Shown here piece after piece: positions 1 to 12,869 of a DNA stretch of 64,000 nt. Both the position numbers and the translations under genes were made by a program. Each line of letters opens with the position of its first letter. Positions within the stretch are counted from its first letter, which is position 1. The stretch lies in contig OZ024740.1 of the NCBI GenBank assembly GCA_964016885.1, forward strand, positions 66,278,001 through 66,342,000. Reading direction: 5' to 3'. Origin of the DNA: Eledone cirrhosa. Lineage: Eukaryota. The notes beneath the pieces are model-generated. The model worked only from the letters and a program-made list of their open reading frames with translations. It did no database searches and was not told where the DNA came from.

Positions 1-80
1 TATATATATATATGTATGTGTATATATATATATATACATTGTAAATCCAATTCTCTAACCACTCAGCTACACGCCTTCAC

Positions 81-597
<517 letters not shown>

Positions 598-782
598 TAT
601 ATATATATATATATATATATTGTTATACTTTGGGAGGGTCATGTTGCCAATAAGAAACACACGCACCAGTTGCTTTCACTTCAATTTATTATATATTTAT
701 AAATTTATAAATTTACAAATTTACAAACTTATAAATTTCTGGTTGGTTGGTTGGTTCTACAACCAGATAATTGTTTATATAT

Positions 783-827
783 AGTCATAGTCCCTTCGTC
801 ACACACTCTGTGACCTCTTCAGTGACT
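783..827 (-). ncRNA. Minimal type I hammerhead ribozyme in 3' pLTR (GAAG variant)
   Basis: AGUCA-CUGAAGA-G-GUCACA gagug UGUGAC-GAAG-GGAC-UA-UGACU; stems I and II pair. Confidence 0.65.
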
Positions 828-1035
828 GGGGATTCCTTTCTTCGTTTCTGTGCCTTTCCTTTCTTCTATCCTACGCCATTTTGTTTCTGTGTGTGTGTTG
901 TGTGCTCAGTTTGCGCATGCGCCACATCCGGGTGTCTGTGTGTGTTTGTGTTCATTTATCTATTTGTTTATTTATTCATTTATTTATTGTTGGTTGGTTG
1001 TTTGTTCTATGTGTGCGTGTGTTTTCATTTTGTCC

Positions 1036-1707
1036 TTATTTGTAAGTTGTGATGTTGCTGTTCCACTCATATTCTCTATTTAATTTTGGTTTTAATTCTT
1101 TTATGCTTACTGCCTCTGTAATTTGCCTAAACATTGCGTCTTTTCTGTGTGTGGATTCTATTTTTATTTCTATGCTCTCTAATCTACCCCTGTGTTCTAT
1201 CTTAGCATGTTGGTAGAGCACAGATGATTCTTTATTATCTTGGAGGTCTCGCCAGTGTTCATTTATTCGTTCCCCTATACTACGAGCTGTCTCACCTATG
1301 TACACTATATTTTTGTTTCTACATTGTCCTTCAGTACATCTTATGCTATACACTACATTTCTAGTTTTACAGTTAATATGTGGGCTTATTTTACAGGTTA
1401 TACATTTCTTATCTATACATGAGGGTCTTTGGAACGGGTATGTCTTGCTAATAAGTGTTTTTACGGAGGTACCAGGTCTTTCTACTATCTTAATATTGAG
1501 ATTATGTTTATTTAGGGCCCTTCTAAATGTGTAAGCTAGTTCGCCTCTAGGGGTTGTATTGATGAACATTACACTCTGGTATTTATTGCTATCATACCAT
1601 GAGTTTATTCTATTGGCCTTGTTCCTAGTTCTTTCTATTCTATTCCAAAATGTGCTCCTATACAAGAGGCAGGTCCCATTTATGTCATTATTTACCATTT
1701 TTTCCAT
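1036..1707 (-). CDS. PLE GIY-YIG endonuclease domain (continuation of RT ORF across a 1-nt frameshift)
   Basis: CxxxxCxxC linker, NVVYSIRC..C..YIGETARS..R..EH, conserved E and LN motif; overlaps the RT ORF end at an A6 run. Confidence 0.9.
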   Translation of the reverse strand: MEKMVNNDINGTCLLYRSTFWNRIERTRNKANRINSWYDSNKYQSVMFINTTPRGELAYTFRRALNKHNLNIKIVERPGTSVKTLISKTYPFQRPSCIDKKCITCKISPHINCKTRNVVYSIRCTEGQCRNKNIVYIGETARSIGERINEHWRDLQDNKESSVLYQHAKIEHRGRLESIEIKIESTHRKDAMFRQITEAVSIKELKPKLNREYEWNSNITTYK

Positions 1708-3542
1708 TTGGTTCTGGCTCCTTTATACACTCTGATTCTATCTCTCTGATTGTAGCCAGAGAACTGCATACGGTGGACGAAGTGTTGTATGTGTCTCTCT
1801 AGTTCTTCGGGGTTGCACATGCGGGACACATTTCTCATCACCCGTACCAAATCCGCAATCAGTATGTTGATTTTGGTATGATCCGAAATGGCCGAGTTTC
1901 GGTGGATCAGATGTTTGGAAGTCATGGGTTTGGCATAATGGGAATGGAGGATTTGTTTTTGGTTGTTAATGGTATCTAACCAGAGCTCTGTGTCTAGTAC
2001 AGGTAATCGATGGTTGGGGTGTCTACTTGGGTAGTCTATAGTAACTCTAATGCTCTGGTGGATGGAGTTTGCTATTTGCTGGATGCTTTCCATTGTGCTT
2101 TTCTCTAGTTCCTGACTGTTCTTTAGTGGGGGTGTCTTAACTACGATGTTTATATCATCTACGTAGCGGGAGTACATTATCAGGGTTAAGCTGTCTTCTA
2201 ATTGTTCATTAAGTTTTTGTTTAAGTCTACTGTCCCACCATACCATGAATAAGTTAGTTATGTCGCCTGCAATGCTAACACCAATGGCTGCTCCTTCCTC
2301 TTGGGCATATGTTTTACCATTAAATTTGAACATATGTTCCTTAAGGGTTAATTTTATGCTGGCCCCTACCGCATGTGCAATCATTTTCTTCAGTTCATCG
2401 TGGTTTTCGGGTGTCCGTATGGCTCTGGTCCACCCGTTCCATCTATCTGTGTGGGTTTTCTTGGCCATTGAGGTAATGGTAGTTGGTCTGCCTCTTGCTG
2501 GTCTTGTAGGGCACAGGTTGCTAAGGTCATAAGTGTCTAGGTAACTATTACTATGGGTAATCTTAAGTAGAAGTCCCAGCTCACTGGTATCAATCCCACG
2601 GAACTCAACCTTGCTCTCGCTGATCATTTCTACGCATTTCTCCACAGCAAAATCCACGACAATAGATGGATACAGGGACACAACATCCATACTGCCTATT
2701 ATGCAGTTTGTTAGGTCCCCAGATCGGTTACCCGCGCCGATTCTGCTGAGGAGGTCCTCCGTGCTGTCACACACATCTGGGGACATCTCAATGATGGGGC
2801 GTATGATCAGGGAGAGGAAGTAGGACAGTCTGTAGTTACTAGCAATGTTAGCCCCACAGACTGGCCGTGTTGGTGGTCCCGCGATAGGGTCCCAGCCCGT
2901 TTTATGGTCTTTTCGAAGCCCATACAACGCCGGCACGTCATTGTTCCAGGCCTGGAAGTTGTTGGCAGTCCTTTTGTTGGGCTGCATTATATTCGTCCAC
3001 ATCACCATATGGGCATTGAGGGCTTTTTCTCTATCATCATGCTCCTGTGGTGTTACCTCTCTTGTGTTAGTGATGTGGGGTTGCATTGCCTGGATGTAGT
3101 TTGGCAGGCTGTCAACCGACATTCTGTCAGACTTGTCTGTTGGAAAACATGCTATCTCTCCATTACGCGAGCGCTGCATGAGCTTACGCAAGCCATTTGC
3201 AGATTCTTCTCCCAGTTGCTGGGCCTCTATTCTATTATGCTTCTTGCTATACTGTTCTATAATATTTCTAAGTTCGGATTTAGCTATACTAAATTGTGCT
3301 TCTGTTTGTTCATCGACCTGCGACGGCAACTGCGTGCGTTTGTTAAATGGCAAAGTCGTGGCGTGGACTCGTCGTAGGTCGAATGATTTATCGGAGGGGT
3401 TATAAAACGGAGAGTTCCAGGCTGCTGCTTTATGTGTACTAGTGCTATTATTATTGTTAGTTGTGTTGTTTCTATTTCTATTTCCACCAACAGCCTCATG
3501 GTTGATTCTATGTCTCTCATAATTACTCCTGTCTCTTTCCAC
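1692..3542 (-). CDS. PLE reverse transcriptase (main part of frameshifted polyprotein)
   Basis: Motifs LYGLRKDHK..PTRPVC, GSMDVVSLYPSI, QEEGAAIG, YSRYVDDI, LPVLDTELW, YAKPM. Confidence 0.92.
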   Translation of the reverse strand: MERDRSNYERHRINHEAVGGNRNRNNTTNNNNSTSTHKAAAWNSPFYNPSDKSFDLRRVHATTLPFNKRTQLPSQVDEQTEAQFSIAKSELRNIIEQYSKKHNRIEAQQLGEESANGLRKLMQRSRNGEIACFPTDKSDRMSVDSLPNYIQAMQPHITNTREVTPQEHDDREKALNAHMVMWTNIMQPNKRTANNFQAWNNDVPALYGLRKDHKTGWDPIAGPPTRPVCGANIASNYRLSYFLSLIIRPIIEMSPDVCDSTEDLLSRIGAGNRSGDLTNCIIGSMDVVSLYPSIVVDFAVEKCVEMISESKVEFRGIDTSELGLLLKITHSNSYLDTYDLSNLCPTRPARGRPTTITSMAKKTHTDRWNGWTRAIRTPENHDELKKMIAHAVGASIKLTLKEHMFKFNGKTYAQEEGAAIGVSIAGDITNLFMVWWDSRLKQKLNEQLEDSLTLIMYSRYVDDINIVVKTPPLKNSQELEKSTMESIQQIANSIHQSIRVTIDYPSRHPNHRLPVLDTELWLDTINNQKQILHSHYAKPMTSKHLIHRNSAISDHTKINILIADLVRVMRNVSRMCNPEELERHIQHFVHRMQFSGYNQRDRIRVYKGARTKWKKW

Positions 3543-3546
3543 TGGC

Positions 3547-4173
3547 TCAATGTTGTTTATCTACCCTATTTTGTGTGTCTGTGTGTTCGTCTTGGTTATT
3601 CTCTTTGTCCTTAGTCTCCCATCTCCTTTTCCTTTTAATCCTATTACTTTCTCTTATTTCTCGGATTTCTGTGCTACTGTCATTACTTGTTTTCTGTGTC
3701 TGTGTGTTTGTTAAGATTGTGGTGGTGGTGAGAGGCATTGAATGCGTGTGTGTTGCTATTGTTGTTGTTGTTGATGTGTGTGTTGTTGCTATTGTTGTCT
3801 CCGTGTGTGTTATCGTTGTTGTGTGTGTTGTTATTGTTGTTTGTGTCTGCGTGTCTGTTGTTGTTGTATCTGGGTATGTTTCTGTTGTTTTTGTTGTTGT
3901 TGTTATTGTTGTTTGTGTCTGTGTGTCTGTTGTTGTTGGGATGTGTGTTGTATATGTGTGTGCGTATATTGATGCTTTTGTTTTTGATGCTCCAGCGTAG
4001 TTTTGTAAATGATTTTCTATTTCTGACAGACAACTAATCATATTTACCTTCTTGAATGTCGCAAATTTGGGTGGCAGACGTAACACAGACATTTCATTAT
4101 TATCTATTTCCGTGTTTCCATAAATGTTGGTATTTTCGTTGTTGAACTCCTCTGATAATGAGGTGTCGGCCAT
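3547..4173 (-). pseudogene. N-terminal region of the PLE polyprotein with (ACA)n low-complexity insert, frameshifted
   Basis: VLRLPPKFA..EIE then KSFTKLRW in another frame resembles the PLE N-terminal motif; followed by Thr/Asn-rich repeats. Confidence 0.6.
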
Positions 4174-4601
4174 GTTGATACCGTCAATTTTGTCGGGATA
4201 TCTATTGGTATACTCTATAGTATCCTGATTTAGCTTTGCCTGTTAAAGTGCTTATCACATTCTTGAGTAATGTACTGTTCTTCGGGGCGTATAAGGCTTA
4301 TAAATATTATTTTTTCTGCTGGTGTGGTGATTTTAGCTATTTCTTGAATTAGGTTACACACACACACATAGAACAAACAACTTACAATTAAGGACAAAAT
4401 GAAAACACACACACACATATAGAACAAACAACCAACCAACAATAAATAAATAAATAAATAAACAAATAGATAAATGAACACAAACACACACAGACACCCG
4501 GATGTGGAGCATGCGCAAACTGAGCACACAACACACACACAGAAACAAAATGGCGTAGGATAGAAGAAAGGAAAGGCACAGAAACGAAGAAAGGAATCCC
4601 C

Positions 4602-4646
4602 AGTCACTGAAGAGGTCACAGAGTGTGTGACGAAAGGACTATGACT
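4602..4646 (+). ncRNA. Minimal type I hammerhead ribozyme in inverted pLTR
   Basis: AGUCA-CUGAAGA-G-GUCACA gagug UGUGAC-GAAA-GGAC-UA-UGACU; canonical core, CUA cleavage triplet. Confidence 0.8.
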
Positions 4647-4862
4647 ATATATAAACAACTATCTGGTTGTAGAACCAACCAACCAGAAATTTATAAGTTT
4701 GTAAATTTGTAAATTTATAAATTTATAAATATATAATAAATTGAAGTGAAAGCAACTGGTGCGTGTGTTTCTTATTGGCAACATGACCCTCCCAAAGTAT
4801 AACAATATCGGTTTCAACACACGATTTCAGATAAAGAATCTTGCTAAACAAATTCAGAAACG

Positions 4863-5180
<318 letters not shown>

Positions 5181-5683
5181 ATATATATATACATACCGAT
5201 AATATATTTATACATACATATTATCAGCAAAAAGTGCTCAGAGTTGCATACAGCTGTATCTATACGGAGCGCATTTCATCACTGTAATAAAGTATTACAC
5301 TTCTAATTTCATTTTGCACAACAGATTGCTGAACCGTTGCCATTGTATGAATAATGTGAGACGATAACAAAACAAAGTATGCGCAGCAGAGATAAATACA
5401 TAAAACATTACGCTTAGGTGTAAATAGACATCGGGCGTACCATGTACGAGGTCTAACATGTTAATTACAAAAATGAAAGAAGACTTTAGACATTGCCCAA
5501 AAGAATGATGTCGAGTTGCGGAGCGTAAGTAAGAAAAGAGATCTGCTACGAACCAAAGTTGAGAGATAAAAAACAGAGATAATGGGGTAATGGAGGGAAA
5601 ATACGAGAGAACGATATTGTAAGAAACATGGAGAATATAGTAGAGTTATATATATATAAATATGTGTGTGTGTGTGTGTGTGT

Positions 5684-5728
<45 letters not shown>

Positions 5729-6292
5729 TGTGTGTGTGTGTGTGTCCATGTATGTACGATTGTATAAGTCTGTGTGTATGATTATTTTTCGAATAAACTT
5801 TTGAAATATGTAGCGCACAGTACAGCTTCCGCTGCCTTTGTCAGTGTTTAATGAATGTTAATGATTTTATTGATATAAACACACCGAATATGTAACGCTT
5901 TGAGAGGTATTTGAGCCTCTGAAAATGTTTTCATCGTATTTGTTCACCGTGATTTGATAAATGGCAACGTAGTGAATCCGATATTGCTTTATACTTCAAA
6001 GAAAATGATATTAGTATGAACATTTTTCCACAAGAAAGACTAATATTTTCATTTTCCAAAATAACATTATTGATTTTCACATAATCTTATTCCACTATTT
6101 CCTTCACACTTTAAGATTATAATTTATAGTTAAAGAAATAAATAGCAAATCTAATAATATCGTTAAATAAATAATATATATACCTCTTATACTTTTTTAA
6201 TCTATCACGAAATGTTTCAGTTTAGCGCATATTCCTGACCTTAAATTCCAGCGTACACAATTTGGTAGAAATAATTGTGTTTATAGTTACAT

Positions 6293-6420
6293 TGGTAGCG
6301 AATTGGCTAATGATTTACGGTATTCATCCCACTTCATTGCGTATTCTGAATTCAAATCCCACCGTGGTCAACTTTGCCTTTCATTCTTTCGAGGTAGATG
6401 AAAAAGAGTACCAGTCCAAT
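6293..6420 (+). mobile_element. Degenerate SINE copy
   Basis: GAATTCAAATCCCACCGTGGTCAACTTTGCCTTTCAT..AGTACCAG, shared with 32515-32680, 33935-34110, 39735-39915 and 48855-49005. Confidence 0.65.
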
Positions 6421-7629
6421 ACTGCGGTCGAATCTTCCTCTATAGAAAATTCGGCTCTGTTCGCACCTGCAGAGGGCTGGGTTCCGCTAGGTTTAAAAGT
6501 GCCCTAGACACGACATATGACGATGGCTTTACGGCTCCACAAGGATTTATTTTATCATTATCCTTTATCCATATCCTTCATCAACGAAATACACATGTCG
6601 TTCAATGTTAATAATTCCATTAGAAATCTCATGATGTTTTGGCCAATTATTTAGCAACTTAAAATACATATTCAACCCATATTATTGTAGCCATTTTTTA
6701 AATGTATAAAATAGCAGCGTGTATTTGACAATTTAACAATATAAGGAATTTTAAACACACATTAACGATCACAGCAATACACAGAAATTCTATAACAAAT
6801 GAATTTACCAACTTTCCAGACGTGCTTAGAGATATCTAAGTACATTTATTACATAGAAAGTAAAGAGTGTCATACATATATTGGATATGTTATTAAATGA
6901 ATACACACATAATAATTAAATGAATACAGTCAAACGCGCATGAACAAACACACGTATACATGTATTATCTAATTCATTTACTAATTGGATTTTCGGACTC
7001 TACTCCTCCCTATATATGTTCTTGTTTCTTGACTTTGAACATTTTCCATGATTATTCAGTGTATGCATCACCGAGGATGATCATAAAATGAAAACAGGTT
7101 TAAAATATTACTCATTAATTGGCGAAAGTATAAAATTACGTTAGTGCCTGTATTCATCAGGACATTATATTTAATTAACCAGTTGGAAAACATATTAACA
7201 AAAACCTAACTATGGGTAGTTAATTGAGTATTAACCAGCTTTATATATTAATGTCCATTGAGCTGACGACACTTTTATAACGTTGGATAGGTTGCCATGC
7301 GTCTGTTGCTTGTTTGTTTCTCTGCGCTTACCTGCGAGTATCTGAGTTCATATGCCACAGGATAGTTATTATTTCCGGACCGACAATAAATACAAATCCA
7401 GTGTGGTAGATATGTGGAATTGTTAGAACATTGGACGAAATATCTGCTCTACGTCTTTGAGTTTTGAGTTTTAGATATTCAAGCGGTACCTATGAGCGGG
7501 GTATTGCCTCTGATATACAGACTGCAGATTACTACTTTGACACTAAACTCCGCCAGTTGCAGACTGTGCATCAACATGAGATATTTTACTTCACAAAGTT
7601 CAATCACCAGCAGCAGATTTTAAAGACAA

Positions 7630-7790
7630 AGATCAAGTCCAGTCCATAAGTTGATATTATCAAGCCATCGTTTTGGCTGCCGGCCTCTGCTTCTCTTACC
7701 AGCCAACCTTCCTTCGAGGCATAAACTACTCACACCACGAGTTGATCGTTTTCTGTATAGTTTGAGTACTCTTGACTTGACAATTGATGT
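7630..7790 (-). mobile_element. Old RTE-type LINE 3' fragment
   Basis: Translation LEGRLAGKRSRGRQPKRWLDNI. Confidence 0.65.
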
Positions 7791-8329
7791 AATTGGTCTA
7801 AGTCTGGTAATGTTGAGCAGCCCACTGATGTAGATGACTATATGTGACAAATCCACCGGCATCTATTTGTCATGAAACATACCTTCCTTATATTGAATAA
7901 AGTTGTGCTATTGATATAAAGATGTTGAAGATCAAGCACCGTGGGAATCAATGTCCGGAATCATTCTGTACATTAATGAAAGATATTAGCGAATGGGTTC
8001 GGAGGTTTAGAAACCTCAGAAACATCTGCAAAAGCGAGGCAACCTCAAATAATAGACCTTTCTTTTAAAATCTTAATACATCACCGGTTGTAAGACGAAC
8101 AACATTACTACCGTAATAGTTCTGCTCAGGAACAGCAAATGGCATTACACGAGAAATTAATCAATTGGAGGAAGTGGACTGATAATTATATTGACGAATT
8201 AAGAGTTTATGCTCCCTTATTAAACTCCAGTTTGGGAATTAGAATGAGATTCTGACTCACAGATTATGATTTTGATTATATCTCTGAGAAATGGAGAATG
8301 CCATTAACACATGTTAGGTGAATTAACTA

Positions 8330-8525
8330 ACTGGCACTTCGTCGGTTACGACGATGTGTGTTACAATTGGTCCGATCAACGAAACAGCCTGCTCGTGAAA
8401 TTAACGTGAAAGTAGCTGAGCATTCCAGAGACACATGTACCCTTAACGTAGCTCTAAGCGTGACACTGAACGTGACGAGTCTGGCCCTTCGAAATACAGA
8501 TACAACTCATTTTTCCCAGCCAGTT
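8330..8525 (-). mobile_element. SINE body fragment (degenerate homolog at about 31270-31480)
   Basis: CAGCCTGCTCGTGAAATTAACGTG..GCTGAGCA..GACAC motif present twice in the window; recalled as a cephalopod SINE body. Confidence 0.55.
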
Positions 8526-10265
8526 AAGTGAATAATCTGCATTTATTGGCCACGCATTTATATCTACATCTAATATATTTTATATGGGCATGCACATAAC
8601 AAACTTTAGCTGTGCTTCAGTTTACACAGTAAATTCATGTATCCCAAGTCATTTGGGGTTATATTTCGAAGGGATTGATCAGTTAAGAACCAAAGAATAT
8701 ACGCTTGTATTTGGAAATCTTCCCCATATGTATGATTGGTACACAAGGATTTTGCGTGTTCAAGAATATAGATTACAATTTATTCCACGATAAAGGATCT
8801 CCAGTTCGTTCATTATCATTCGTTAAGAACCGTTTATGTTTGGTTGATTTTAAATCCCTTTTCCACCACTTTCGCTACATTCCGGTTGATACAATCTATT
8901 CTAAGAAGATTTTATTAGGAACTTATATGTTAAATTAACAAAGACACCTATTTCCGAACATAAAACAAATGTGTGAGTATGTATGTATTTTCTTCTAGTT
9001 TTATTATTTATCTCTTTCTATTATTTTATGAAATTTACCAGAGAGAGAAAGAGGGAGAAAGAGAAAGAAAGGGAGACGGTTTCTAACATATAAACAAGGC
9101 ACTTTCATTGGGAATGGTCGACACCACCTAGGTAAATACATATTTATGTCTATACCTATATTTGTGCGTGAAATTACGCAAGTATGGATATTGCTAAATG
9201 TGTAGACCTGTATTTTTTAGTTGTATGTTTACACCTGCATATATTTCTGTATCTATACGTGTAGTTATTACATACAGAATTTCCCAAATCTTTTACATAA
9301 TTTTATAGTTCCATTAATCGACTGTACTGACAGTTTCTTAACTACCCGGGAATTTTCGTGTTATATGAAGCTCAGTTTCTCAACATTTGTACTAAGGCAA
9401 TTAGGAACATATTCAAGAACCCCAATGATCACTGATACACATATAAAGGTATTATCAAACTGATGTATCTAAGGTGTTCCCATTAGTTTAGCATAAATGT
9501 TTTCTTTTCCGCTAATCTTTAGAATTATATTGACATGTAGTTGGCAGTTTTCCACAACTGTGATTGCCTTCTATTCTCTCTCTATTTAACTGTCTTTCTG
9601 CATGCATGTATGTAGGGTTTTAACAGTATCTGTCTTATTTTGTTTTCGGAATTGACCGTTCTCCGATCCAGTATGTAAGCATGCTTATATGCATGTATGT
9701 ATGCATTGTGAGAAACGGAAACAGCACGAAACAAGGGACGAAGAGTTGGTTCGTTCAATCGTACACTCATTCCCTCTCTCTGAAGAACAAAACATAAGTT
9801 TGTTGTTATCACATGGTCATAGCGTGCAAGATTGCAAAGAGGCTACTTCCATAGGATAGAGTAGAGGATGCACTGAAAGATCCTGTCCAACTCACAGCAA
9901 CATCCTTTGGGTATTATTCATTATATAGACTTTTCATATTGCGTTTAATATAATCTGAAACTGTGTTATCATCAGATTCAACACCGTTAACTGAATGTAA
10001 ACCATTTTGTGGTAAGGAATGCCAGCATATCAAGAATGCTTTCTCTCAAAAGTATATATTCTGCTCTACAATCCATTCTTTTACAGCCAGAATTTGCAAT
10101 ATGCGGCTCCTTGACAAACCTCAACTAAGGTATGATTCGGGACTGTATATAGAGCCGCATCTATACACTTTTCTCGCGTTTCTAATCTAATTTATCCAAT
10201 TCTCTTACTATTATTTATAGTGATCGGCTGTTATTGCGGACTCCTTCCTGGAAACACACATAATT

Positions 10266-10316
<51 letters not shown>

Positions 10317-10319
<3 letters not shown>

Positions 10320-10806
10320 TAGTAAAAAGGAAAAGAAAATGCTGACGAATTTTTCCCAGTGAATAATAGTTCAATTAGGAATAAGCAAAATTAGTAATAA
10401 GTATTAGTTAGTATTCAGTTTTAGCTTTAAATGTTTACCGGTTGCGCATTTCTAATGCTTTTCAAAAATAATTTTGATATAGCGCTCGTGATTGTTGCTC
10501 TAATCTGATCAGTTTTGGGGATTCTTCCTGTTTTATGCGAAAAGGGTCGCTGCAGAGGTATTAAGATTTGGTTGGTTGTTGAATGTCACGTGAATAAGCG
10601 TTATAATTTCGCGCCAAATCGTGTTGTAAAAATTCTTGTAGTCAAAACAATTTTGATTGGTCGTTAGAAGTCACATGAATGTTAAAATTGATTTTAGCGC
10701 GAACTGCTTTCGCGCCAAATGCAGGTTTGTCGAAGAGTGTCCTTTTCCGCTTGATTGAGTTGCAGCTATGTTGAGAAGTCACTGCAAAATATGTATATTG
10801 AGACAA

Positions 10807-10890
<84 letters not shown>

Positions 10891-10997
10891 TAAAGTGGTT
10901 CATTGTTGTGAAAATGGTCAGTAGGGATGTGTGTGTACGTGTGTGTGTTGCAGTCATGTTGAAAGGTCAACAGTTCAGGTGTCTATTAAGACAAATA

Positions 10998-11028
<31 letters not shown>

Positions 11029-11632
11029 GTGTGTGTGTGTGTGTAGCAGAGTGGTTCATTGTTGTGATAATGGGAATGAATCGGTCAGTAGGAATGTGTG
11101 TGTACGTGTGTACGAACATATTTTTCAGCTCTTGTCTTATACGGAGAAGTATGTGTGTGTATGTATGTGTGTGTGTGTAAATGTCTGTATGTATGTTAGT
11201 GTACGCGTGTGTATGTGTGTGTGTGGATGGATGGACAAGTAATTTCGTGGTACTGGTAAAAAGTGCGTACAATAATCGATATTTTCAGTCTTTTGCAAGG
11301 ATACTTGTGTAGACATATGTATGTGCCCATCAATGTGCAGTACATGTGTGCGTATGTGTATGAGTGCGTGTCGGCACGTGTATATCTATAAACATCAAAA
11401 GGTGTACGAATTTGTGTATATTTGTGTTGCACCATAGGACATGTGTGTTTACGTATGTCATTGTTTTTAAATGTGGATAGAAATCTATGTAGTATGTATG
11501 CTGATGTAGGTATATACGTTGACGTGTGTATGTTGTGGGTTCATCTTCGGGCGAAGTGTTTAGACGAGGTCCGTATTTGTTAATAAAGTGAGATTCCTTG
11601 CTGATCCACTGGGAGTGGGTGGCATTATCTTT
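10317..11632 (-). mobile_element. 5'-truncated copy (ORF end plus pLTR) of the Neptune-like PLE at 55430-61280
   Basis: Encodes [28 protein letters not shown], matching the end of ORF 56751-58256; tail is colinear with 55430-56840. Confidence 0.9.
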
Positions 11633-11671
11633 AATGTATATATGTATATATATGTATACATTATATACATG

Positions 11672-11705
<34 letters not shown>

Positions 11706-11760
11706 CATGTATATAAGGTATACATATATATATATATACATATATATATGTATACATTAT

Positions 11761-11805
<45 letters not shown>

Positions 11806-11809
<4 letters not shown>

Positions 11810-12232
11810 AAAGAATAGAGGTGTAACACACAAGTTATTATATATTGGTAAATGGAATAGAAAATGCTGACAAATTGTTCACAGTTGAAAAATGGTTTAA
11901 TTAGGAATAAAAGAGTATTAGTGATTGTATGGGTTAGTATTCAGTTGTGGTTTAAAGTTTTTAAGTTTTTACCGGTTGCGCATTTCTAAATGCTTTTCAA
12001 AAATAATTTTGAGATAGAGTGTCCGTGCTGTTTGCTCTGATCAGAGCAAACAGCACGGACACTCTATCTCAAAATTATTTTTGAAAAGCATTTAGAAATG
12101 CGCAACCGGTAAAAACTTAAAAACTTTAAACCACAACTGAATACTAACCCATACAATCACTAATACTCTTTTATTCCTAATTAAACCATTTTTCAACTGT
12201 GAACAATTTGTCAGCATTTTCTATTCCGTTTA

Positions 12233-12238
<6 letters not shown>
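11806..12238. repeat. Near-perfect spacer-less palindrome (about 200-bp arms) of the PLE pLTR terminus
   Basis: Centre GCTCTGATCAGAGC at about 12034-12047; arms are reverse complements; homologous to 55430-55620. Confidence 0.9.
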
Positions 12239-12315
<77 letters not shown>

Positions 12316-12361
12316 AAATTAAATAAAATGACAAACGTTTAAAATTTAGCTTCGTTTATTG

Positions 12362-12414
12362 CTGCTATAAATATTTCAGTGACAGCCATATTTGGCTGTG
12401 ACCTCTTCAGGCAG
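12362..12414 (-). ncRNA. Type I hammerhead ribozyme
   Basis: CUGC-CUGAAGA-GGUCACAGCCA aaua UGGCUGUCACU-GAAA-UAUUUA-UA-GCAG; related to 41878-41934. Confidence 0.75.
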
Positions 12415-12689
12415 TCCGAATTAGTGTGATATAGACAAGTACATATGTTGTTGAGGTGTATATTATTGTCAATACTCTGATATGCCCAGTTCCTGGTTGG
12501 GTTGTTATTTCACTGAGGAACTGGAATCATATGAATTCAAACAAACGAATTTCAGCGTCAAAGGGCCTCTTCTCCTCTCATTGGTCAGTGTTAGAACATT
12601 CCTCATTCTAAGTGTTGTTATTGTAACAAATTGATAAAGTGGTAGAAGGGACAAGGTGTTAAAGGAACAAATTAACAAAATACTCAAAA

Positions 12690-12723
<34 letters not shown>

Positions 12724-12869
12724 CGTAGGTCCCGGGTTGAGTCGGGGATAACCACAGTAAGTTAAGTACTCAATACATGGCAGAGTAATTTTTTTTTATT
12801 TTATAGAAGGAGCTTCTACAGGACTAGTACTGTTTCATTCAGATGATTATATATATATATATAAATTAA

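Noticed and set aside
1692-1710. Programmed frameshift between RT and GIY-YIG
   Set aside because: One extra A in the A6 run restores KWKKMVNN; a homopolymer indel or sequencing error is simpler.
12817-12845. Hammerhead 3' half (GAAAC..GUC) on minus strand
   Set aside because: The 5' core is missing; it is truncated at the TA tract.
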